Below are positions 11,622-25,449 of a DNA stretch of 64,000 nt, in pieces. The DNA is from Seison nebaliae (lineage: Eukaryota). A program made the translations under genes and the position numbers. How positions within the stretch are numbered: the first letter of the stretch is position 1; every line of letters begins with the position of its first letter. Where the stretch lies: the NCBI GenBank assembly GCA_023231475.1, contig JALJEE010000715.1, positions 1 through 64,000 on the forward strand, given 5' to 3'. The notes under the pieces are model-generated. The model saw only the letters and a list, made by a program, of their open reading frames with translations, was not told the origin of the DNA and did not search any database.

Positions 11622-14600
11622 ATCTCAAAAAACACATTCCAACAAACATCAATTTCATTTTCACTACGGTTTCAAATTGCTGCAATTTATTTCCATTTCT
11701 TCTTCGTCGTCTTTTTTTGATAAATAATTTATTCTATTCCTTTTTTTCAATTAAAATCGATTTTTATACAAATATTTTGTTTTGGTTTCATATGAGAAAA
11801 ATTGAGAAATTTGAAGATTGTAAAGGAGAATTTAAATGTGTTTTTAAAAAGTGGTTCGTTGTGAAATATCATCAATTTCTAATCAGATCTTATCAAAATC
11901 ATATTCTGAGCAATCGTACGTGCAAAAAGAGGAATGGAATATATAGAAATTAATTGGAGTGTGTTGAAAATTATTGGTGTTTTTTTCTTAAGGAATAGTA
12001 ATAGGAATATGGTATTGGAACGGCATGGTACCGTGTTGTTGTCGTCATGGATATTATTGTTTATGATTTGAGTACAATCATTGACTTGTATCTTCTTATG
12101 TTTTTAGGACATCAACGAACAAGTTGAATAAGATGGTGATTATGAGAAATACATTTAATTGAACATCGAACATGTCTAGTGCACATTGGAGAGATGTTGT
12201 CAAATTAGTAACTCGATTCCGTTTGGAGTATGTGAATAGAATGATAACACTTCTAATAATGTTCATAAAATATTTCAATTTCCATCATTATTACTCACTC
12301 AAGCACATATCGCCTTGATAGTTAAAGTTCAATCATTATCCTGTGCACACTTATTGCACTAAAAGTGAGATCTTTATACATTTCTCTCATTCCGTCCTGT
12401 GACATTTCTCCTTAAAAGTCTCATAAGTCAAAGAGAGTTGTTGATGAAGAGAATTGTTGAAGATTTCTTTAGTTTCACTAAAAGAATGTTAAAGAATGAA
12501 AAGATTGGTAAGAAAACATTATATTTTTCTTCTGCATATGATATGTTGTTTGAGTTTTGAATATTCGTCATCATGATAATGATTGACGGGTGTTCGTGAG
12601 TTGGAGTAATCGTCTTAAGAGATTTGAAGTAATATCAAAAATGGTTGTTATTAGAAGACGACAATAATATTGAATGATTTCAAATAAAATATTTTCATTC
12701 GGGTAGTTCGATTGGATTAATTATCAAATTAATCCGGTCGCTTTCCAATGTCGGAATCAGTGTTCAATAAACATAGGGAACGTATGAGGGGGGGTAAAGG
12801 ATTTCTTATCATTCTTCTCATTAAATTTGAGTGGTGAAGAAAGAGATTGGGTGCAACAGCAACCTTTTAGTGGCTAAAAGAGTCTTAGGTTAAGAGTGTA
12901 GGGAATTAATTATGTTTCCCTAAGAGTTGTAGTAATTCAATGAAATTCTTCTTATTCTCTTTGTCATTCGTAGGTGAATATGTACATGTAGGTACCCGGC
13001 GTTGGGTGACTGCGTAATGTCATATAATATGTCCATTTCTATAGGAAACATATCGTTTCGGTTTGTTGTTGTGTAGTAGTGGAAGTATGATAATTTCAAA
13101 TGATTAATTCTCTTTTTAAAAAATGGAGTGAAAAAAGAATAATGTCCCAGTTGGGGGAGGGGATGGAGGTAAGGGTGGTGTAGGAATGCATTCTCCATTC
13201 CATGTTATGTTTGTATTATATCATTTTGTCGTTCTATTCTATGTCTTTCGCCATTTTTCTTATATTATTGCTCTTTTACCACTATTCTTCCCAATTCTAT
13301 TATAATTATTTCTCCTATTATTATTAATTCTTCCACATATCTCTCATCCTTCGTCATTTCTCGTAATTATCATCATTGTTATCGAACGGGCATCAGATGG
13401 AAAAAAGAAAGAAAGAAAATAAAATAGTTGAAACTAATAGATTTAAAATATGAAGAAATCCTTCTTCTTCTTCTTCTTCTTCTTCTTTCTCCCATCCATT
13501 TCATAATATACGCCGACTGATATGATATCAAGCGAATTCGACTAATTTTGCTTCGTCTTCCCTTCAACCTTATTTGCTATCTAATATGCACATCATCATC
13601 TTATCCTAAAATGAGATGTATTTTAACTTTCCTCCATTTCCCATACAAATATACATTCCCGTCTTTCTTCTACGTATTTCCTACTACTTCTTCTTCTTTC
13701 TCGTCTACCCTTCTCAATCGTCATCTTCGTCTGCTTTCAAAAATGATCGTTTCTCCAATTCGCTCCACACATATGGTTCGAGATCGATAGATTACAATTC
13801 AATAGTGACTGATACAACAACAAATTCATAAGAATCAATTATTATTCAATTTCAATTCTCAATCATTTATCGTCGTTTCTATTAAAATATTTCCGTGCTA
13901 CTAACTTCACGTTAACTTACGTCATTCCACACAATTCTACTCTTTCTCTCCACCATTCTTCTTCATCAATATTTATTCACATTTCAGTGTGATTCTCTTA
14001 ATTATTTCGTTTAATTCGTGCACATAACACACGGCTCAATCTCTTTTGTCATTATAGAATCATTCTGATTCAAAAATCATCATCAACAATCGACTCATTT
14101 CTCAGTTAACTCAGTGAGTTGGTGATGTGTAATCACATTCATTTGAATCATTCTTTTTCTTTTTATTTCCCAACAAAATTATTTACGTAATTGATAATAT
14201 TTCCCTCATCATCATCATTGTCATCATGATGGTAATATGGTGATGGTACTTTAATGTGGATAGACGATCAGGAAAATATACGATCCGCAGGAAAAATACG
14301 AAATGTATTCTCGCAGAATGTATATAATGCGGCTCTTCTAGTCGCATGTGTTCGTAGGGAGAGATGTGTATGGATCATAAATGAATAAAATGGAATCGAA
14401 CGGAATATAATAGATAGATGGACAGATAGATAGATGAATAGATAGTAAAGATACTCGTTCTCTATATACGAGTATTATGGTGATTGATATGATGTGATTG
14501 TCTCCAATTGGATTCATTCATTCTTCAATTTTTAATATTTTATTTAATCTAATATATTATTTGGTCGACGATGCATTCATTCAATTGAAGATGATGTCGA

Positions 14601-17600
14601 TGACTGCTCCCAATATATCTATTCTTTTTCCTTATTAACGGAACGAAAATTTCGATCAAGTGAGAGCAAATGTATACAAATTAGTAGTTTTCTTTCAATC
14701 ATTCCTATCGAATTCGTAGGTCATTCTCCCATTTATTTCCTCCCTCATTCTTTCTTCCTCTCCTGATTCCCCCTCAATCATCTCATTTATCGAATTTATG
14801 ATGTTGACGATCATCATTAACTCACTTCTCTCACCATCAGGAAAATCGCTAGAAATTCTTAATAATAAATGTTAATCGACACAATATTAGTTTAGCGTAT
14901 AAGATATCGTAAATTGTGCATAATATCCAATTCCTACTATTCCTCTTCACCATTTCTCGTTTTCCTTTAATAATCAGAAGGAAAACATCTTGAACATTTC
15001 AAATAAAATCTTTCTTTAACAAATATCATTAATATCAAATGATTGTTCCGTCGATATTGGATCGGTTGAAGTGGGAGAATATAAAGAAAAAAAGTAAGAC
15101 CTCTCGCCTTACTGCCACCAACTCACCTCTAAACAACCGACCTTTCTTCTCACCATTTTTATGATTATTTATTTTTATTAATTTCTAAATGAAAAATTCT
15201 TATACATCAATTCGTTCCCGATTTTTGATAATTTTCGATTCAAATATCTAATTCTTTTTATGGCAAATTATTTCATTTAAAATAATTCAAATCATTTTTA
15301 TAATTTCGTTCTATCTTCCAAAAATTTTAAATTCGATTATACTTCGGAAAATAATTGATATATTCTTATCACCATTATACTCATAGATTACTCATTATAC
15401 TGTATTGAATACTCATTTGAAGTTGATGGTAGGCGGGAAGATAGGAAGGAGATTGAGATTTAGTTTAGGGAAGAAAACGGAAGGATGAAAACGGAGATAT
15501 TCGTTGAGATGTACGTAATATGGATAAAATTTTGTTCATTAATTGGAATTTTGGATTCGTATGTGAGGATGGGGAATGTGAAATGTACATATATTTCTGC
15601 ACAACCATCATCATGAGTAAGAGATAGATAAATTAAAGATGACGCAAGAGAATATGATGATTCTAATTCCAAACAAATTATTCGTTCTCATAATTTCTAT
15701 GCTCTGTTTTTTTTACATTCATCTTTAAATTCATCAGTCATTTGATCGTTCTTGTCATTTTAATTCTGTTCAATGGTAGCATCGTTATAATAGTCATTGT
15801 TTCAATAATACGTCATCGATTAATCTGTGAAGATGAATTTGTAAATTTGCTACTTCTATTGTGTACGACTTTACATTTTCTTTTTTCTTTCTTTCCTTCT
15901 GTTCTCCTTCCTTTTTCTTCATTCCATTTCCTTCTCAATTATTTTCTTTCTTCTTTTTTTGTCTTCTTTTCTTTCACAAACGACATTCACTTCAACTGCT
16001 CTAAATGTGCAAGCCGTGCTCTCCAATGACGTAACATTAGATTTACTAATTCGTTTTCTGACCAAAAGATTTTGCCTTTAATTAATTTATAATTATTCTA
16101 AAATAGCTTTTGTCGAATGGTCAGAAAATGGAGAGAATCAATGAGGACATCTTCCTGCCCTTACTTTTTAAACGTTTTTCCCAGAGTAATTTATTCATTC
16201 AATTCTTATTTTTTTGGGGAAAAGAAATGTGTTAGAACGAAAGATTTCTCTAAACAAAGAAGTGCATCTTTTGTGCACGAACTTTCTGCATTTTGTCTTT
16301 GTGCATAGTTTTCGAGCAAACTTTGTGCATTTTTCTCCTCTAAATGTTTGTTAGTTGAGAATAATTGGAAATTGAAAAATATTCAAGATTTATGATAATT
16401 TCACTTCATTCTATCTCCATTTTAAAGAGAGTGTCGTATTTGGAGAAAGCATGAGAATAATAAGAACATCGAAATGAACGTTGAATTGATAATTAATAGT
16501 AAAATAATATTTATTGTATTCAACTTCTTCTTGACGGAATCGACAATTAACAATTCGATACTATTATGTCAAAAGAATCGACTTCTTCCTCAAATTCTAC
16601 ATCTAACGTACAATTTTGGAAGAAACATGAACTTCTGAATTTAATTTGCATTATGTTTCTTCCTCTTCTTCCCTACTACTCTGCCACTGTCGCTTACGAC
16701 TCTTATTCTTTAGCTTTGCTCATTTAGTTTGATTGAATTGAGAAGTTCGATCGATTCTTCAGAATCTCATGAAAGGAATTTAATTTTTTTCTTGGAAAAA
16801 AACACATTCGTACTTCTCCTCGAATCATACCAATTTTTTGTTTAAATTTTAAATCTATCTCGTAAAATTTTTGTTGACGATCGTGACGTAATAACAGAAA
16901 GTCATTGAACACAAAAGATGCTCGAATGTATTGACATGAGTTTTTCTTAAATAAATGTAGCAGATATGCATATCTTGTTCGTATATTCATGTAAAGTAAA
17001 TAAATGCAAAGTAATATTGATTATTTCATTCATTAATCATAAAAAAAGGTAATCTTCCATTCTTAATAATTAGTTGGGAAAATTGTTTATTCTCCTCACT
17101 CTTCACATTCTTCTCATTAAGCAATCCCTTCTAATATCCGAAGAATAATGAGCTAATGCAAAAACCGAAGTTGCAAATACATAATCGAATACACATCCAT
17201 GATATGGAACGCTTCATTACGTAATCTTAAATAGATTCACACATAACAAACAAATTAAAAATCGATTTCTGATAATAAATGAATAAACTGATAAATATAT
17301 CTAAACATTTCGGCAGTAAATCATTTTCCATCTTCTCATTAATTTTCCGCGCAAGTTTCTTCTCCCACATAATATATATATAAGTTCGATTATTTAATGA
17401 TGTGTTTCTTTTAACTTAAAAGTTTTAAGTTGTTTCGGTAAATTTTAATTAAAAATAAATCAATTTTTCATTTGATCTATCGAACTTTAGTTGGTGCATC
17501 AAAATTTTTATGATTTATAATCAATAAACGAAATACAAGTTAAATTCCATTAATTTTTCCTTATTCCCATTTAACAGAGAATATTATAATCGTTGTTTTT

Positions 17601-19413
17601 CCATTATGTTCCAATTTCGCATGGTCTGTCATTTTTATCGGTCGTCCATACGGATCAAGTAATCGTATGGAAAAGGATAAATTTGTAAGATTCGTTTCGA
17701 GATGAAATCGGAACTAAAGAGAAAATGAAAGAATCTATCATCTAATGTAACATTTTTAATGCCTTTATTGTCAAAATATTCTAGTATTCATTATTTATTC
17801 ATATGTTCGATAATGGAATTTACATGAAATTATCTGATTACTCGTCTAATTTTAAGGAGTGATGAAATTCATAATTGAATAAGTTATTCATTAACATTCA
17901 TTTATCATAAGAATGGCATAACTTTGGATGGTATTCTTATCGATATATTATCGATCCTTTTTTTTCACTTACTAATTAGATGGGAAATGTATCGTAGATA
18001 GAAAGTTATGAGATAATTATTACGCAAGAGATTGGGAAGAATATAGAGAAGAATGTAAAGAGACTTACTTCCTTCTGTCTGCGCAAAAAGTACGTAATTG
18101 AATGAAATGGATTAAGATAATATGCGAAATAATATTATACGATATTCAATAGAATTTTAGTACAATAGAATAGATCTCATTGAATAGAATAGACAATCCT
18201 AGACAAACATTTTATACAGGCACAATCATCCATTGGGAGGGAAAGAATGCTAAGCATCAAATTAGTTGAAGGACATCAGATTTCTTTCTTTCTTTTCTTC
18301 TTTATAATTATTTTTCTTTAATCAATAAGAGAATAATAATTATTTCCATCTATCTATCTATCCATCCCATATCTATCCATAATGCTACTTATCTATAGCA
18401 ATATCTTCTCGAAATACAACATGTACTCTCACAGATGTTCTGTCCCAGAAACTTTTCTTCTCACAATAACGTTATGTTACTTACTTATCTCCGTTCGATG
18501 CATTTGCATATTGAAAAATAATTAGACAAATAAATAGATCTGCTCTAATAGAGTTGGTTGGTTGGGTCGATTGGTGATAAAGAATTATATATGTGAAATT
18601 GGTTTAGAACTATTTTCTTCTTTTTTTCTTATTCTTCAAAATTACGTAGGAGGAACTGAGATTAAATGAATGAAAAAACAATTAATCTTACTTCCGTTTT
18701 CCTCAAATACGTTCTCATCATACTCAACTAGCTACCTGAGAACATCTGTCTGTTATGTATTACAATATCAGCACTAAAAGGCACATTAGAAATAGAAGAA
18801 CATTCGAATTATTTGGAACATAAAAGACGAAGAGGCTCAAAGTGGTACAATGACCGATATAATCATTTGTTACCTTACAAATTATATCAATTTTATAATT
18901 TGTGACATCTCTTTTAATTGCAATCATTAAACTTTGAACTTTTCAGAAAAATTTGAAAAATTGTTAATTTTGAAAAAATATGGTGATAATTGAAGGAGAT
19001 GTTGAATTGAATTTTTTATTTTTTTCAAAAAATAATTATTTTTAACGAACACTAATTCTTATTGTTTTTTTTATCCGAAAAAAAAGTTCAGACTTCATTT
19101 CTAGCTATTGTGCACTGTTTATCAATAAGAGAGTCGATACTTTTCGTCCACAATCATCGGACGCATGGACACAAGCGTTAAACTAGAAATGGGTAAAGAG
19201 GCACACATTTAACTTGTCGCCGCAAAGTTTTAGTAATAACATTCCCTATGAGAGAACGAGAAGAATTGGAGCATTATGAATCGAATAATTCGAATGCGGA
19301 ACTGGAATTGTATTGAGGAATTAGAAGTGGATCGACATTGCTCGTTGAAGCAATGTCAGCAGCTGTATGATATCAGCTATTGTTATTAATGAATTTCGAT
19401 GTGTTGATTCCAC

Positions 19414-22008
19414 ATGTTTAGAATCGGATCTATTCGTTCACCAAAACGTTGGATCTACTTTCTAGCGTGCGTAACGAAAGCTGTCTTCTCCGCAATGATT
19501 CTCGCCTTTGCTGTGGTCGGTTTACAGAATTATGATGATATCGTCCAATATTACGAGAATATCAGTATGAAGAATAAACAGATTATAAATAATGCCATTA
19601 ATTATTATAAGAATTCTTTGAAAGGCTCAACCAATCTTTTAGAAGAATTCAATACCGATAATCCAACTAACAATAACAACAACAACAATAATAACAATAA
19701 CAACAACCAGAATCATGATAATGGAAAATATATTGGACCGCCACGTGTCGAACAAGATGAACGATTATATTTGGCACTCCTCGTCTTGTCGGGAGGAACG
19801 ATGGTTCAATCATTCATTGGAATTATTGCAATATTCAAGAACATCCGGTTCCTTCTCAAACTTTTCTTTTATCTTTGTTTCGTCGCATTAATGGTCGTCT
19901 TATTCCTTACCGGTTTCTGTTCATCTCAACTCGTCTTACGAGCAACCATGCTCTCCACCAACGACGTCAAATTACCAGAAAACGGAGAATTGAAAAATCG
20001 TTATAGTTTCGTTCGCAATAAACGACGTCCATCAGTGAAACATCAGAAAATCGTTGAGATTCGAGAGGAGAAAGATGATTATTTCGATAAGGATTTTTCC
20101 GTTCTCAATGAATTTTATGATACTTATCTCAATTCTTCCAATACAGGAATTGCTTCCGCATTGTCATCCGAATCTCCATCGTCACCATCATCATCCTCAG
20201 CAGCCATACAACATCGTCAAGTTAAACATCCGAAATTGAAATCGGCGAAATTATCATTGGAGTATATGGTGGGGAAACAACCGATAATTAAGAATATTTT
20301 CGATCCGATGAATGTCGATTCGATGCTCTGCATCTTCCTCATCGCTCTAGGTTGTTGTCTTGTTCTCCTCATCTATTTATCGATCTCATTGATCCGATCA
20401 TCGAAAAATCATAATTCGTTGAAAAATGATGATAATTCTTCATCGATCGATATCAATCCACTTGATGTGAATGAACAACGATCCAGTTCAACTTGTACCC
20501 GAAGTACCACAATGGCCACAACGGCTGCCCACGGTCTCAAAAATTTGTTGTTCGCTTATAATCATTCGAATCATTTGAATGCCACAAACAGTTTACATCA
20601 TCGACAAAAAACATCACTGTCAATGAAGTCGAAAGGAGATGATCAAATCTTCGAAAATTCCGATGATAACGATGAGACGAAATTGATTGTTGAGACTAAT
20701 ATTGACGAGAATAATTTCCACGAGAAATGTTCCACACCAAATTCCCAATGGAAATCGGCGATAGGTGGAACGGATGTTGATCAGATTATGATACCATCAT
20801 CTGATATTGATAATGGGAATGTTGAAGGGAATGAAGAGAAATTGAATCTGAAGGAATTGAAAGATATCAAGAAGAGTACATTGACCACTAATCGAAGTTA
20901 TCAATATTCTCAGGACCAGCATCAAAGTAATCCTCAATATTCGATGAGAGAAAATAGTTCCAGCTCACGATATTCCAGATCGAAACATCGGAAATCGAGA
21001 CAATCAATCAACGAACCGTCACCATATACGTCACGACGACAGATTGATAATATCGAAATGAATTATTTAATGAGACGAAAACAAAATTTATCCGGATATT
21101 CTGAAACTGATATTTTCGATATTTCCCCTTACGATGAGATGAAACGACAACAGTTTCCTCAAAATCCTCCAACTGATAGTTTGGGTCGGAAGGAGATGAA
21201 TGTTCTATTAAATTCTGATATGAATTCATCAAACCGTATTACTCATCAGTCATTAAATGATAATATAAATCATATTGATGATGATTTGATTGAACAGTCA
21301 AATTGTCCTCGTCAACATCATCATATGCATCATCACCGTCAATTACATCGTCCCAATAATCGACATCATTATCATTATCATCATCATATGGAGAATCCTC
21401 AAGGGAAAGATAATTCTCATGGAACATCATCTTACTGTCGATCACGAATCCTCCAATCATCCGTCATCAATATGAGTGAAACGGGAACGAACGAGGAAAT
21501 TATGAATAAACAATCTCTTTATCAAATTCCTTCAGTTCATCATTCCCAACAACAATTATCTCTACCAATCGATACGGTAAATGTTTCGGAGAATCAGATG
21601 AATAAACATCGATCGAAATTGAATAAAATCCGTCGACAACAAGAACAAGAACAGAAGCAACATCAGAAAGAGAGTGTCAATGACAAATCGATAAGATCGT
21701 CGAATAAAAAACGTCTAGGGAAAAAATCATCATCAAATCGTCAACGTCATAAACATGAACGACAGTCGTCAGGTCAATTACAACGAAAACAAATTCCCGA
21801 ACACCACCAACAACAACAACAACAACATACAATCCATCATCATTTGCAACCACAACCTCAATCGATAGATCCTCAGACATCTCACAAGTCTCACCATCAC
21901 TCTCATGATGAGAATCGACGAGATTATTCTTCATCTGTCATCCTCCAACAAAGTTATCCGATGACTGAGATTCCGAATGAGAAGGATGCTTTCCAGAGCA
22001 GTGATTAG
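19414..22008 (+). CDS. Four-TM tetraspanin-like protein with ~540-aa low-complexity tail
   Basis: Four hydrophobic segments. TM2-TM3 (FIGIIAIFKNIRFLLKLFFYL) resembles the tetraspanin small intracellular loop motif. No CCG. His/Gln/Ser-rich C-terminus. Confidence 0.6.
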   Translation: MFRIGSIRSPKRWIYFLACVTKAVFSAMILAFAVVGLQNYDDIVQYYENISMKNKQIINNAINYYKNSLKGSTNLLEEFNTDNPTNNNNNNNNNNNNNQNHDNGKYIGPPRVEQDERLYLALLVLSGGTMVQSFIGIIAIFKNIRFLLKLFFYLCFVALMVVLFLTGFCSSQLVLRATMLSTNDVKLPENGELKNRYSFVRNKRRPSVKHQKIVEIREEKDDYFDKDFSVLNEFYDTYLNSSNTGIASALSSESPSSPSSSSAAIQHRQVKHPKLKSAKLSLEYMVGKQPIIKNIFDPMNVDSMLCIFLIALGCCLVLLIYLSISLIRSSKNHNSLKNDDNSSSIDINPLDVNEQRSSSTCTRSTTMATTAAHGLKNLLFAYNHSNHLNATNSLHHRQKTSLSMKSKGDDQIFENSDDNDETKLIVETNIDENNFHEKCSTPNSQWKSAIGGTDVDQIMIPSSDIDNGNVEGNEEKLNLKELKDIKKSTLTTNRSYQYSQDQHQSNPQYSMRENSSSSRYSRSKHRKSRQSINEPSPYTSRRQIDNIEMNYLMRRKQNLSGYSETDIFDISPYDEMKRQQFPQNPPTDSLGRKEMNVLLNSDMNSSNRITHQSLNDNINHIDDDLIEQSNCPRQHHHMHHHRQLHRPNNRHHYHYHHHMENPQGKDNSHGTSSYCRSRILQSSVINMSETGTNEEIMNKQSLYQIPSVHHSQQQLSLPIDTVNVSENQMNKHRSKLNKIRRQQEQEQKQHQKESVNDKSIRSSNKKRLGKKSSSNRQRHKHERQSSGQLQRKQIPEHHQQQQQQHTIHHHLQPQPQSIDPQTSHKSHHHSHDENRRDYSSSVILQQSYPMTEIPNEKDAFQSSD

Positions 22009-22344
22009 AATATTCATAAATTTCTTGTACAGTTTCCTTCCTTCAAACTTGACTTACCTCTGTGATGTTGAAATTGCGCAGGAAAGTGAATTTAAAAACA
22101 AAACTTATTAGTCTTCTCTTCGATTAAAATTCACCCAGAAACTTTTCCCAATTTTCTCTCGATTGCAATCCTCTCAAACAAATCTTCCTTCGAATGTTTT
22201 TCCTCTTTTTTCAAATTCTCCTCATTCTTATGAGATTAATTCCGATCGATTAATTAATTTTATTTGAATAATTCTATTCACTTTATTACCATGAACCACC
22301 TCAAGTTTAAATATTAATAAAGAAAATATCGACAATTCTTTTAC

Positions 22345-24334
22345 TTATTCTTCGTCTTCATCTTCTTCTTCTTCCTCCTCCTCCATCTCTTCTTCCAAAC
22401 CTTCTGCTTCCTCCTGTTGTTTCTGCAAGGCCGCTTCAACCTCTGGTGTTGGATCATCCACTTCGGTAATTTCCGGTCCAGAAGGAAATTCTTCTTGTGG
22501 CAATGGAGGTAATACTGGATCAATATTTTCCGAATTATATTTATGGCCGAAACCGATATAGATATTTTCGAATTTTTTCGTTGTTCCAAATGCACAAGCA
22601 CCCGGCCACAAATTAGACCGTATAATGCAAACTGCATATTGAGGGATGAGTGACGATGATAAAGTTATCAGCCACGCAGGTTTACCTACAAAAATATGGA
22701 TGTAAATAATCGTTAAATAATCGAACCTCCCACAGGAGTATCACTAGAAATGGGTGTCAATAATGGCGGTCCAATTTCTCGTTCGACGGTATCTGGTGGT
22801 TCCACTAAATTTAAAGGTAAAATTCAAACTGAAAAAATATAAAAACTTTCTTCATCATCCTCCTCTTCCATTTCTTCCTCGTCATCTTTCTCCGGTGCAG
22901 GATTCACCCAATTACACCGTCCTTGTGGTAAGATATGTTGGACATGATGTACCCAATTATTTCCTTCCGGATCGGCCAATTCTTGGACGGTCAATGGCTC
23001 ATAATTCTCATTCTCAACAAATGAAGCGTTGCCAACATCATCTTCATTCATTTCTTCTTCTTCATCAAATGTATAGAAGCCAGACGGAGAGACAGTAGCT
23101 CCAGCTGAAATTCGCGCTATTTGTGCTCTCAAATAATTTATCTCTTTTCCAGGAAATGGTGGAAATGAGAGAATGGGAGCATCCAATCTTCCAGTAAAAA
23201 ACTTCTTTATTGATCGAGAAACTTTTATTTGTTCAGGTGTGACAGTTGGTAATTTCTTCCAATCATCTCCCGCTTAAAAGACGAAAAGAACTAATGAACA
23301 AAACAGAACAGAATAAGAAATATTCTAACGTGAATTCGATACGAAAAATACTTTCTTATTCACACCAGTACCTTTGTCCTCACGAGGAACTGGTGGCGGT
23401 GGTTTCCATGTTGATTTCGGAATATAATTCTTCATCTAAAAGGAATTTACTTATTTTTTTATTATCTTTAAAAAAATAGACTAAACAGCATCTCCGTCTC
23501 CTTCTTCATCTTCCTCTTCTTCGTCTTCAGGAGCGACATCGCTGGCACTTTGATTCTGTTGCGCTGCTTCCATTTCTTCTGCAGCTGATAAATTCTCTTC
23601 ATCCTCCTCCATTTCATCCGCATCTTCGTCGCGCATGTTCGACTATTTAAAATAAAGAAACAGAGCTTCAAAAATTTTCCAACTTCAACTACATAATAAT
23701 CTTTCTCTGTTCCTATAATTTTCCCCCAGAATCTCAATCCTTCCAAATTATTTTTCTCATATAACTGTTTGATGGACATCCAAATCCTTTTAATAAATTT
23801 TTCATTCAATCATGCAAGAAATGTTAAAAGAAACCGATATAATTCATCTTTAGCAAAACCGACACCTGCTTGTTCGAAATAAAATGACAATTCTAATAAA
23901 TTTGGAAAGGCATTTTCCGTTTCGTCTTCATTAATTGCATCTTCGCTTTTCTGAATTAGAGCGATAGAAACGAAAGTATTATGATGATAATTCTAAAACC
24001 TGAAATAATTCTTTTTGGACATTAGCTAATTGAATTTGTTCAGCATCCGTGTTAACATCAATTAATGTGTCATCTTGTTTTTCATCGGCTGGTGTTCGCT
24101 TAATATCATAACTAATTTCTTCGAGGATATCAGCTGGATTTATTGGTCGTTCATCCAACAAACGACAAATCAAAGAAGACAAATGTCCATAACTTTGGAA
24201 GAAATTGAAATTTCCGTTGACAAATAGTATCCTAACACTGTTCGTTTAGTTTCAGTACTGGATGTTAATAAATATGATTTCGCTTCGATCAATTTCTGTT
24301 CCCGTCCATTTTCTACCGTAATTGGATCTGCCAT
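22345..24334 (-). CDS. RSPH4A: Radial spoke head protein 4/6 homolog (9 exons)
   Basis: [72 protein letters not shown]. Introns 24193-24236, 23951-23999, 23787-23834, 23643-23683, 23436-23486, 23273-23329, 22805-22846 and 22686-22726 each restore frame and homology. Confidence 0.95.
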
Positions 24335-24409
24335 GACAGTTATATATTAACTATCGCTAGATTGTTATAACTGATTCGAACTCAATCGTGTATAACTAAT
24401 ATTAAAACA

Positions 24410-24423
24410 ATTCCCATAGCAAC
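24410..24423 (+). promoter_or_regulatory. RFX X-box upstream of RSPH4/6
   Basis: ATTCCCATAGCAAC versus consensus GTTNCCATRGNAAC, ~76 nt upstream of the ATG of a ciliary gene. Confidence 0.65.
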
Positions 24424-25449
24424 TAAATCTTGTTCGCAAAATATAATGTTTGTTTTATGAACTTATCGAAAATAGATTTCAAATATTAAGCATTATATAA
24501 TTTTTAGCTATATTTCAAATTTTATACGTTTTTTCTCTTATTCGTTTAGCTTGCAATTTTTTAATTGTTCTAACTTATTTTTCTCAAATTTTAAAATTGT
24601 CCAATGTGGGTAATCGTCCATTATTAATTTTTCAATGTTGCATCATGAATTTATTTTCTCATTGATTTAGATTCTTGTTTTCACACTCTTTAGTTTAACT
24701 TTTGAAACTTAATAATTAAATTATATACAAATATACACAATTTAAATCAATTATTTCCTTTTTATGTTTCTTTCAATAGGTTTTAAGACTATCTGAGCAA
24801 CTTTATGGATCGTAACGGGATCGTAGGAATACTGCAGTGCTTAATTTATTTTAGTTTATTTTTTTCGGGTTGTCTAGATAGGACATAACTTATGGAGTTC
24901 CTTTATTCATCCATGATGCTGATACAGTTCGCCATGACATCTCCCAAAAGTCATTGAGATTTATCCGACTTTTTGTTTAGGTTCCAAAAGGAGGAAATTA
25001 TGTGGGGCAATTGAGCCATAATTTGTTTGTTCGTATATTTCCCAAATTATGTATAAGAAATTTTCTTAAACGAAAAATTGTCTTTTTTCGATCACAAATG
25101 ATAAATAAATTTCATACTATTTATTCATTCAATCTAAACTTACAAATTGTTAATCCTAAATTGTGAAATTAATGATTAATTCAAGAATCAGTATAAACCT
25201 GCAAATTCCAGACTATTAACAAACTTTATCGTTATACGTGATGATTCATTAAATAACTAAATTAAACGAAAAATTAAAAATTTCTTCTAATACACTTGTT
25301 ACTCCTTAATCGAAAGACTATTTTAAGAACATACTGGGAAGGTTAAATAAATAATATTATCACTATCTGACATTCTATGTAAATAAAGAATGGTCGAATA
25401 ATCATATAAACTTGTTTGGACGTATGAATATTTTTTATCATTCTCGAAA

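Noticed and set aside
12000..19300. Short ORFs in long intergenic regions (also 42-45, 48-53 and 58-63.9 kb)
   Set aside because: Low-complexity Phe/Ile/Leu-rich translations typical of AT-rich noncoding DNA. No spliceable gene model found by eye.
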